From Candidatus Hydrogenedentota bacterium (GTDB lineage: Bacteria > Hydrogenedentota > Hydrogenedentia > Hydrogenedentales > SLHB01): 64,000 nt of DNA. The stretch spans positions 1-64,000 of the forward strand of contig BTVY01000006.1 in NCBI GenBank assembly GCA_045863335.1. The letters run 5' to 3'. A program made the translations under genes and the position numbers. The notes beneath the pieces are model-generated. The model was not told the origin of the DNA, ran no database searches, and saw only the letters and a list, made by a program, of their open reading frames with translations. Of this stretch, positions 41,697-50,181 are shown one piece after another. Each line of letters opens with the position of its first letter. Position 1 is the stretch's first letter.

Positions 41697-44600
41697 TCAT
41701 GCGACCTGAATACGGTCCAATAGGGCCAAGGCTGCTCTACGATTCAGGTGGCTAGCTGCGTACTGTCCGGAGAAGTCCAAAATGCAGTCTAAGCAAGCTT
41801 TTCGACAAAGCAAGTCGTGATCGGCATTGACATAAAGAATCTCACGGGCCAAGGCCACCCATTCATTCCCGGCGCTTAGCAGTTCACGGCAATGGCCGGC
41901 CCCTCCAGGTGTTACGTCGTATACCACGATGCCAAGACTGGTATTTTGGAGTGGAATGAGTTCTACACCAAGTTCGCGCTCGTCCAATTCGAGGAGCCGC
42001 GAACCTGCCATGGCTAATGCGCGGCCTAAGGAGTAGACGGCGTCGTATACACCAAAGAGTGCGCCCGGTATCTCTAGTAGGATCATGTCTGTGAGTTCTT
42101 TTGCGGCTAGTACGCGATTCCGCAGAACCGGCGGGTTTGGATCTGTTCTGTCCCAACAAAAGCTGCGTGGATTCGCAGAAAATATTGAGGCATGTCTTTC
42201 AAAGTCCGCGGGCAGGCGCATTCGCCCTTGACCGACTTCGATCTCGCTCATGGAAAAGCCACATCTCGTGCACACAGCAAAACCACAATGATTTCTGCCC
42301 GCGTTCCTAACGAGCAGCTCCGCATCTTCACGATAAGTGATGCGAACTCCCTGCATGCCAGCGAAGTCTTGAATTGCTTCTCCGTCACCGCGTTCTGCGA
42401 ACGCAGTCGGACATACGGATTGTTCACCCACTCGTTCAAGATTGGTGCCCAAAGGCTGATCTTCCCAGCCGGCGGTCGTATATCCGAAACGCGGGAACAC
42501 TAGATGTTCCCTAGCAACCGGCTGACTACCGCATCTTGGACACTCCGCATCTGGAGATTGCCGAAGGTAGACATGGTCCTCCGGGCACCTCAATGCGAAA
42601 TATTGCAATCCCAGCGCCTGGTCCAAATTACTGTCCGTCCAGTGTTTTCTTAGGCCACGAGAAGTGGCAACTCGTCCACCAACCAGTACTTGCGACTCAG
42701 GAACGTATTCCCGCAGCGCAAGCATGGAACTGCGCTCGAGTTTGTACCTTTCGTCAGCTGCCGATTCACGGCTGCCATCGGGAACGGGACGGCGCACACT
42801 AAGGCTCTGGAGATTTATGGGAAATCCATACCTTGGCAAGAACCTGTGATCAGCAAGCCACTCGATGACCGTAATATCGGTGAGTGTTCGTACCATGTAC
42901 CGAATGGAATTTGCCTTAGCCATCTGTCGACCAATTTGACTTGTAGGAGTGGCTGGAATCTCGGACCACGCGTCTCGCAAGTAGTTGACGTCCTGTCGCC
43001 ATTCCGATATCGCAGCCCCGAAGGCGATTCGAGCATTATCCAAGAATTCTCGCCAATTCCGAGGCTCCATCGACGTTGACAAGCCAGTTCCTTCAGCAAG
43101 CCGTTGAAATCGAAATTGGAGTCCTCTGTCGTCGTCCTTCAGCTGATTGAGGAATTCAGCAAACGCCAATGCCACATCGACACCATCGTGTGGCCAACTG
43201 GGCCGTGGATCGGTTCTTCGTTTCCAATATGAAGGGGCATTTACTCCACAGAATTGGCCCATACGACCAAATGCGTGCATTGCTCCGGTTCTATCTGGTT
43301 GTCGAGCGCGCAAATACTCTGCCAACAATACGGCGTGAATATGTCTGCGTATCACTTGATTTCGATCCAAGAATACCGTCGGCTTTCTTAACGGACGCTT
43401 AAGAAAATCGCCAAACCTTAGAAAGACTTCTCTGTCGTATTCTGAATCTCTGGCAAAGGTGACGACTAGGGCGGAACCATCTGAGCGCCGTCCAGCCCGG
43501 CCGGCACGTTGCTTATGATTCGCCGGGCCAGGAGGCACGTTGCTCAGCAGAACCCCGTTTAACCCTCCGATATCAATACCAAGTTCCATGGTCGTAGTCG
43601 AAGAAAGGACGTTGCGGATACCCGCCTTGAACAATTCCTGAAGGCGCTTCGTTTCCTGTGGCGATAACTGGGCCGAGTGCTCCTCTGCCCATAGTCCCAT
43701 GCTAAGTATTGTCGAGTTCTTGTATTCGCGCCGTGCACGACCCCACCTTGGATCATTGTCAAGAAATTCCACATCGACGGGCCGTAAGCCCCCTTGACAC
43801 CCCGCGATCGGAGCCCATCCCAATGCCGAACTTGTCCATACCGTACCGGTCGCTTCGCACCAGAAGAGGGAAGCCGGACTTCTTACACTCAGCCGGTCGG
43901 CGAGGATTTGAACTGCTCTATCTTCTTCGTTGGGGCCGGTCTGATGGTGTTCTTCGCGCTTGAGCCACGAGAAACCGGTTTGCTGCAAAACTCCAAATAG
44001 TTGATCAAAGGCTGCGACCAATCCACGCTCCGAGAGTTGGTTGGCATCCGCCTCGGAACAACCGGCGGCGAGCATGACATTCTTCATGAAAATGCGTCTC
44101 AGTTGACCTCCGGTCGCCCCAACAAAAGCCCTGGCACCCCAACCACCGTGATTTCGAGTCAGCCATCGTCCGAGTAGGAGGTACTGTTCCATCCATTTGC
44201 GACTTGGGTTCTCTTGAGACCAATAGAGACAACCATCCATACGCACGGTATCCAACAACAACGTGAGCATGCTTGGCCAAACAGCCCCCAAAGCCTGTCT
44301 CGCCGAAGAAGGCAATTCCTCTTCCAATCGTGGTGGAAGCTGGAGATTGGAAATACCGGGATACACTACTTCGACTAGACCGACCGATTCCGCCGAGGGC
44401 TGGCGCTTGAGAGGACGCTGCAATTCTTTTGCAACCAACGCCTCTGCCTGGGCGCGCACTGCGTCCCTGTTCCTATTCCAGTCAGACTGCGCATATGATC
44501 TCGCTTGGTGGGATTCAGCTTGGGAACGGTCCAAGAGCTCTGCCAACTCGTCACGGCGAGCTACAAGCGATGCGAAATCCACAAACGGAGTACCGGCCCG

Positions 44601-46901
44601 TGCGTGTTCGAGCTGTTCACGTTTCTGAGTCAGCTCACGCGCCAAGTGCTCCCGTAGACCTGGCTCAATCGCTGTGTTGCGAAGCTGGTCCGTAATCCTT
44701 TCGATGTCGCTCTCAAGATACTGAGAAGTTTCCGTACTAGTTAGTTCGCCAACGCATCGCGCAATGGCGGCTCGAACTACTTGAATTTCGTGCTGTTGCG
44801 TAAGCAGCGGACCAAGCCTGGCCGCTGAAGCGCGAGAATCGCTGAAGCAGAGCAGTCGTCGTCCTCCGCCAGGCTTCCAGTTGCTGGAAGGTCCAGGAAT
44901 TGGGGGAAGACCATGAAGCACGGTTTCCGCGGCTACCGAAAGAGCAAAAGGCCGTCCACCGACCAACGCCCTGCAAGTATGCCGCCATTCTGGTTCCAAG
45001 TCTTCGGCTTCCGGTATGGTCCACTCAGACCCGCAAGTAGGGCACAACTGGGGAGAATGGACGTCCTCTCGGTATGCTTTCCACAAACTGACGCCTTGTG
45101 ATCCATGTCCACGGACTTCTCCAAGATGCGGATCGACAACGACTTCCTCGAGCTCTGAACGTCCGCGGTTCGCCAGCAAGTAATACGTTCGATGGGTGGG
45201 TGAGTCGGCAAAATAGCCGGGCTGCAGAGTCGACGTATCCTGATTCTCATGTGCGGCAAGTGCCCACTCGCCGCAATTATCGCACCGGTGAATAGGCAGC
45301 AATAGATGCTCACAGTAGCGGCATACATCCGCGTATGGCTGAAGACATCCAATCGAATCAATGCGGGTACGTTGAGGTCCTGGGCAGCTAGGATTTAGGC
45401 AGACCGACAGTCCTTCTGGCGCTCGGACAAGTAAGTGGAGACGATGAGGCACCAATGGTAGGTCAGATGCCTGCTCGCGTGCAGCCGCGGAAAGACGAAG
45501 TAAAGCGATGGTGGCTCTTCGTTCCTCTATGCCGTCGTTTCCCTCAAAAAGCCTACGCGCCAGTTCTCCGAGGCTTAGAACATTGGCGTCTTCCTCGGAC
45601 AGTGTCTCGGCTAGCTTCCGAATAAGCGGGGACCGTTGAAGTGTTGCATGAAGGAAGCGTGCTGGACAGGCACTTTGAGACTCTAAGGCGGTTTCGATTA
45701 CAGACCGGGCTACTAGAAGAGATACGAGCCCTTTAAGCCTTTCAACGGAGTTTTCGTCATTCTCAACGAGTTGTTCATCCGAAGCAAGTGTCTCAAAATC
45801 GATGCCCGAGGATCGGGCCAATTGCGGAACGCCATTCGAAGTATCTGGCGGAGCTTCAGGCTCCTCGAAAAGTTGTCTGGCGTAGCGACCCTGAATTACG
45901 TGCGTTTGGCTATGGCTATCGGAGAGAATCTCAGACGCAAACTTCCTCAATTCGCCAACAGAACCGCCAAGTGTCGCCGACGTGGCGATTTGCAGGACAT
46001 CTTCGACTGAAACGCCACACCGCTCGCGCACCCTTCTCAACAGCATTGCGATCTCGGCAGCCAGGGAGCCGCTGTAGAGGTGGGCTTCGTCTAAGATGAC
46101 GCACCGAAGATCGGGCCCGAAGAATCGGCTGTCTTGTGGTCTACACAGCATGTACTCAAGCATTGAGTAGTTAGTTATCAGGATGTCAGGAACCCGACTA
46201 AACGGCGGCGAAGCTATGGGGCGGCCATCAGTGGTCTCATACCCGCGGGCCTGCTGTCGTGTCCGAAGTCGACAAGGCTCCCACTCGGGTTCTCCGCGTT
46301 TGTTGGCTAATCGAACGTCTTCGGGAGTTTCACTCGTGAAGTGAAATACGGTAACGTCGCTCTGGCCTCGTAACCACTGGTAGAGGCGATCGACTTGGTC
46401 GGCGACCAAAGCGTTCATTGGATAGAGAATAAGACAGCGTACGCCGCCTTCGGATTGGCGTTCTGGGGCGCTCCATAAGTCGCCAAGGATAGGAAGAAGA
46501 AAGGCTTCCGTCTTTCCTAAACCCGTTCCTGCAGTAATGACTACAGAAGGGCGAGAAACACTGTCCCTGGACGATAGACGGAGCGCTTCAGCTTGATGAC
46601 TGTAGAGCAACCGGTTGATGGGGAACACGTCGTGGGCTTCGATATGCTCGCATAACGACTTTGGGAAGTATCCGTCTTGAGTTAGGGATTCAAGCGTATC
46701 GGAGCCGACTTCCCCTGAGAAAGCCCCTTCAACCCAGAGTTCGCTTACCAATCCTCCCGATTCTCCGGGGCCGGACCAGACAGATTCAGCGGCATCTGCA
46801 ATTTGGGCATCTCGAAAATGGTTCTCCGCTACGGCAAGTTCGACTAAGCGCGTTCGTACGTCTTTGACCAGCTTTAGCGCATCGACATGACTCAAACCCA
46901 A
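41697..46901 (-). CDS. Large SF2 DEAH-box helicase with C-terminal DUF1998 (DruE-like)
   Basis: Q-motif YSHQ, TAGTGLGKTEAF, LYPMNALVADQ, TNYSMLEYML, DEAH, TSATL, FSDSR, EHSAQL, STTTMELGIDIG, QRAGRAGRR, several CxxC clusters, C-terminal YD..PGGAG...C..AC.DC. Confidence 0.88.
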   Translation of the reverse strand: MGLSHVDALKLVKDVRTRLVELAVAENHFRDAQIADAAESVWSGPGESGGLVSELWVEGAFSGEVGSDTLESLTQDGYFPKSLCEHIEAHDVFPINRLLYSHQAEALRLSSRDSVSRPSVVITAGTGLGKTEAFLLPILGDLWSAPERQSEGGVRCLILYPMNALVADQVDRLYQWLRGQSDVTVFHFTSETPEDVRLANKRGEPEWEPCRLRTRQQARGYETTDGRPIASPPFSRVPDILITNYSMLEYMLCRPQDSRFFGPDLRCVILDEAHLYSGSLAAEIAMLLRRVRERCGVSVEDVLQIATSATLGGSVGELRKFASEILSDSHSQTHVIQGRYARQLFEEPEAPPDTSNGVPQLARSSGIDFETLASDEQLVENDENSVERLKGLVSLLVARSVIETALESQSACPARFLHATLQRSPLIRKLAETLSEEDANVLSLGELARRLFEGNDGIEERRATIALLRLSAAAREQASDLPLVPHRLHLLVRAPEGLSVCLNPSCPGPQRTRIDSIGCLQPYADVCRYCEHLLLPIHRCDNCGEWALAAHENQDTSTLQPGYFADSPTHRTYYLLANRGRSELEEVVVDPHLGEVRGHGSQGVSLWKAYREDVHSPQLCPTCGSEWTIPEAEDLEPEWRHTCRALVGGRPFALSVAAETVLHGLPPIPGPSSNWKPGGGRRLLCFSDSRASAARLGPLLTQQHEIQVVRAAIARCVGELTSTETSQYLESDIERITDQLRNTAIEPGLREHLARELTQKREQLEHARAGTPFVDFASLVARRDELAELLDRSQAESHQARSYAQSDWNRNRDAVRAQAEALVAKELQRPLKRQPSAESVGLVEVVYPGISNLQLPPRLEEELPSSARQALGAVWPSMLTLLLDTVRMDGCLYWSQENPSRKWMEQYLLLGRWLTRNHGGWGARAFVGATGGQLRRIFMKNVMLAAGCSEADANQLSERGLVAAFDQLFGVLQQTGFSWLKREEHHQTGPNEEDRAVQILADRLSVRSPASLFWCEATGTVWTSSALGWAPIAGCQGGLRPVDVEFLDNDPRWGRARREYKNSTILSMGLWAEEHSAQLSPQETKRLQELFKAGIRNVLSSTTTMELGIDIGGLNGVLLSNVPPGPANHKQRAGRAGRRSDGSALVVTFARDSEYDREVFLRFGDFLKRPLRKPTVFLDRNQVIRRHIHAVLLAEYLRARQPDRTGAMHAFGRMGQFCGVNAPSYWKRRTDPRPSWPHDGVDVALAFAEFLNQLKDDDRGLQFRFQRLAEGTGLSTSMEPRNWREFLDNARIAFGAAISEWRQDVNYLRDAWSEIPATPTSQIGRQMAKANSIRYMVRTLTDITVIEWLADHRFLPRYGFPINLQSLSVRRPVPDGSRESAADERYKLERSSMLALREYVPESQVLVGGRVATSRGLRKHWTDSNLDQALGLQYFALRCPEDHVYLRQSPDAECPRCGSQPVAREHLVFPRFGYTTAGWEDQPLGTNLERVGEQSVCPTAFAERGDGEAIQDFAGMQGVRITYREDAELLVRNAGRNHCGFAVCTRCGFSMSEIEVGQGRMRLPADFERHASIFSANPRSFCWDRTDPNPPVLRNRVLAAKELTDMILLEIPGALFGVYDAVYSLGRALAMAGSRLLELDERELGVELIPLQNTSLGIVVYDVTPGGAGHCRELLSAGNEWVALAREILYVNADHDLLCRKACLDCILDFSGQYAASHLNRRAALALLDRIQVA

Positions 46902-49849
46902 ATCCCCTCCTCTCCGCTTAGCGACAACCAGTAGCAGCAGATGCTCGTGGAAATATACTTCCTACCGGACGGAGATTCCCCAACTTTCGAGATGTCATCA
47001 CAATCTTCATCATTGGGCTTCCAAACTTGGTCGCGCATCGATACTGTCCAGGCGCCCACCAAGTCCGACAGATAGTCAGGTTCCAACTGTGCAAATTGTG
47101 CAGCCGCTTCCTCTAGGTATCCGAGTCGTCGTCTGATTTGTTGATTGCTACTGGTTTTGGCAAGCCCCAATCCTGTGCATACGAATGCACGCAGCAAATC
47201 AAGGGTCTTGGTCTTATCGCGTTTCAAAAAGTGCTCGAGACACTTCCACACCAATATGGGGGACACTTTAGAAAGAGTGTCCAATATTCCTATACATCGT
47301 TCCGGGTTGTGCATACTTCCGTCCCAGTTTGTCAGCGCACCAATCGCATCTCTAGCGTGCGCGGCAGGAAAAGTAGTCCAGAGATAGGTTCTGACAACGA
47401 GGTCGATCCCCGAGATATGCTCGTGCTCGTGAAGGCCGGCCGGAAGACTTGAGTTGACAAGCCACGCGCGAAGAAATCGGCACGGAGAGTGGATAACTTT
47501 TGGGGCAAGCATCTTTGCCAGAGTGGGGTGCAACACTGGGGCTCTCAACCATTTCAACATTGCGTGATCAGTCTCTGACAGATCCTGTCGACCCTCTATA
47601 TACTTTCCGATTCCCTCAAGATCCCACCACGCTCCTAGCCAATACCCTTTCCATGTCAATGCAACCGCCATCGGATAATCCGGAAGATCAAGCTTCCATA
47701 CGTGGTTTGTCGAGCTCTTCAGAATGCGGTCAGTTGGTAGCTTCTTTGGGCGCCCGTTGGCCCCGCCCTCAGCTGTCCAATACCACAAACTGTAGCCTTC
47801 ATCGCCCGCCTCGCCGTACTCCTTCGCGATTGATAAGTGCAGGCTAGCAGGACTACCCAACATGGAAGGCTGAAAGTTTGCGACGCACCCCCGGTCGACG
47901 GACCGCACGTCCAATTGATAGATTCTCTCATCCGAGTGCACACTTAATGACTCTCCGAATCCTGAAAGGTCAGAAAGCACCATGCGCCCGTGTCTTGCTC
48001 TTCCGGCGCGATGATGACCTTCGTGCACGTAGGGATTGGGTGTTGCGTCAGGGACCCACACTCGTAGAAGCGAAGTGCCCTCAGAGCGGTTTACCTCTGC
48101 TCCGGGCTTCAGAGGATGCAGTTTCAGATGGCTAGCGTCTTGCCGGTCGTCGGCGCGCAAGATCGCTGCGGCGGCTAGTTTGAATTCCAGCCTCGGCTTG
48201 AGAGCTCTTGAGCTTCCATTGCACATAGTCCTCACTCGAACTGCGCGTTGTCGGCTTGCTAACTCCGGCGTCAAGCTGATTTCGTTGGGCGTTTCCCACA
48301 TCCCGTCCCCAACTGCATGTAGGTCATACGCCTTGTTATGAATGAGGAGACGCACAGAATCCAGATCGGTAGATAGGCCAGAGACAAGTAGTCGCGTCCG
48401 GTCGTTCAAATTAAATGTGGAATTTCCCGGAGTGGAGAGAACCGGTGTAGCCGTCGTCGGCGCATCTTCAACTTGGCGCAAAGGCTGCCAGAGGATGAAT
48501 TCCTCGTAAATTACTGCAACACTATTTTCCAGTGGCGCTGGTAAGCGTATGGCCTTCCGCGCCACCCCTGCTCGCTCGAAAACTTCCAGCGGTTGGCAGC
48601 CTTCAATAACGCACTTTTTGTCACAGATGAGAGCGTAGTGGCGAGCCGGCTCTAACCTCTCCTCTCCGGCGCGCACCAGTGTCTTCTTGTCGAGATCAAA
48701 TACCAAAACTTCACTTGTCAGTCCCGAGTCTGTAAGGTCCCACTCTACGATGTGTTCACCCCTTTTCGACGAAAGCGCCAGCACACTTGGAGACAAGTTA
48801 GGCGTTCTCCCAGCTGACTGAGGTTCCGCGTAGATTTCTTCGTCACCCGTATAGCCGCCGTTCGATTGGCGGAGCCAACGAGCGACTTTTTTCGTGTCCA
48901 CGTACACATCGATCTCTGGAACATCTGTTTGCTCCTGGATGCGGGCTTTGTCGAGGCGAATCTGAATTCTCGGCTCCCCGCCAAGTGGCCAATGAAGCTC
49001 GATATCTGCAATTGGCGTAAACGCTTCGTCGGTATCGCACTCTCCTCCAGTGGTCGATTCGGCATCGCCATGCCAGTCACCGATGCCAAGCGTCTCAATG
49101 CGAGACTTGGCCTCAACCAATAGGGAGTCTATCCAGGACGGTTGGACCCAAGGACTCGATCGCAATACTTGTCGCGCTTCTTCATCTCCGATTAGGCCGC
49201 GCCTATACTGGATGAAGGCTCGCCACATGGACTTGAATGATTCTGAGGCGAGTTCTGGCAGGTCCATTTCGCCATTCAGGTACCGAACCGTGTGGGGTCT
49301 ACCAAGATTCACTAACCATTCTGCTAATCGATTTCTTGCGCCGTGGTACGTAAAGCCGTATTGCAGTTTGATAGTGATAAACCATTGCTGGGTGCCTTCG
49401 ACATCCATAACATGTCGAAGGTTCAATGCTCGAACCGCATCTTCAATCAAGATCTTGGTGGTGGAGGACGGTTGCCCGTTCGAGAGAAACAGTTCTCTCC
49501 TAAGCGCGTGCGAATCGGGTAAAATGCGGCGAACAGCAGGCCATACGGAATCTTCGTTACTCTCACGCCGACATGCTTCGGCACCGGCGCAGATTAGCAG
49601 TCCGCCGAACATCTGTCGGTAGCTTGCGTACGATTCTCCGGTAAACCGCGAAAAGACAACGGACTTTATCCAGTTCGCGGTACTGTCCGGAGTCAGATGC
49701 AGGAACCACTTGTGCAACCAATCAACCTCATGGTCCTCAAGCTGTAGTTCAGCCATAGACCATGGGCGGTTATACTTCATTCCCGCGTCATGCAATTGCC
49801 GAAAGACTTGCTCCAACGTTGCCAATTGGGGACAAAGATCTTGCCACAC
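46892..49849 (-). CDS. Large hypothetical protein (985 aa), DruH-like position and size
   Basis: Long ORF overlapping the helicase start by 10 nt with GAGGAGG upstream; no motif recognised with certainty. Confidence 0.75.
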   Translation of the reverse strand: MWQDLCPQLATLEQVFRQLHDAGMKYNRPWSMAELQLEDHEVDWLHKWFLHLTPDSTANWIKSVVFSRFTGESYASYRQMFGGLLICAGAEACRRESNEDSVWPAVRRILPDSHALRRELFLSNGQPSSTTKILIEDAVRALNLRHVMDVEGTQQWFITIKLQYGFTYHGARNRLAEWLVNLGRPHTVRYLNGEMDLPELASESFKSMWRAFIQYRRGLIGDEEARQVLRSSPWVQPSWIDSLLVEAKSRIETLGIGDWHGDAESTTGGECDTDEAFTPIADIELHWPLGGEPRIQIRLDKARIQEQTDVPEIDVYVDTKKVARWLRQSNGGYTGDEEIYAEPQSAGRTPNLSPSVLALSSKRGEHIVEWDLTDSGLTSEVLVFDLDKKTLVRAGEERLEPARHYALICDKKCVIEGCQPLEVFERAGVARKAIRLPAPLENSVAVIYEEFILWQPLRQVEDAPTTATPVLSTPGNSTFNLNDRTRLLVSGLSTDLDSVRLLIHNKAYDLHAVGDGMWETPNEISLTPELASRQRAVRVRTMCNGSSRALKPRLEFKLAAAAILRADDRQDASHLKLHPLKPGAEVNRSEGTSLLRVWVPDATPNPYVHEGHHRAGRARHGRMVLSDLSGFGESLSVHSDERIYQLDVRSVDRGCVANFQPSMLGSPASLHLSIAKEYGEAGDEGYSLWYWTAEGGANGRPKKLPTDRILKSSTNHVWKLDLPDYPMAVALTWKGYWLGAWWDLEGIGKYIEGRQDLSETDHAMLKWLRAPVLHPTLAKMLAPKVIHSPCRFLRAWLVNSSLPAGLHEHEHISGIDLVVRTYLWTTFPAAHARDAIGALTNWDGSMHNPERCIGILDTLSKVSPILVWKCLEHFLKRDKTKTLDLLRAFVCTGLGLAKTSSNQQIRRRLGYLEEAAAQFAQLEPDYLSDLVGAWTVSMRDQVWKPNDEDCDDISKVGESPSGRKYISTSICCYWLSLSGEEGIWV

Positions 49850-50181
49850 GAGTACTTATCCCGCTAGTCGTTTAATTTCTCCGTCGCTGTATCTCTCTCA
49901 CCTAATCGGTGGACCTCGGCACAGCTCAGGGGAATCTGTACCGTAGTCGGCACGTCAATGGGTTCGTCAATCGACCTTCGCTCGTATCCGATACCGAAAA
50001 TTATCGTCTCCTGACGCGACTGTCCTCTTTTTTGCCATGTGCCTGAATCCTCGACACGTCTGGAGACTGCACATTGAACTCGCTCCCATAATGTCGGCTG
50101 TTCTCGAAGTCCGTTCTCCCACTAGGAGTCTATGAAAAGCGGATATATATGTCAACGCTTGGAGAAACGCCGGCTGCGTCT

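Noticed and set aside
41697-46901. DISARM or Dpd system
   Set aside because: No methyltransferase, DrmA/DrmC/DrmD or dpd genes nearby. The two-gene layout fits Druantia type III better.
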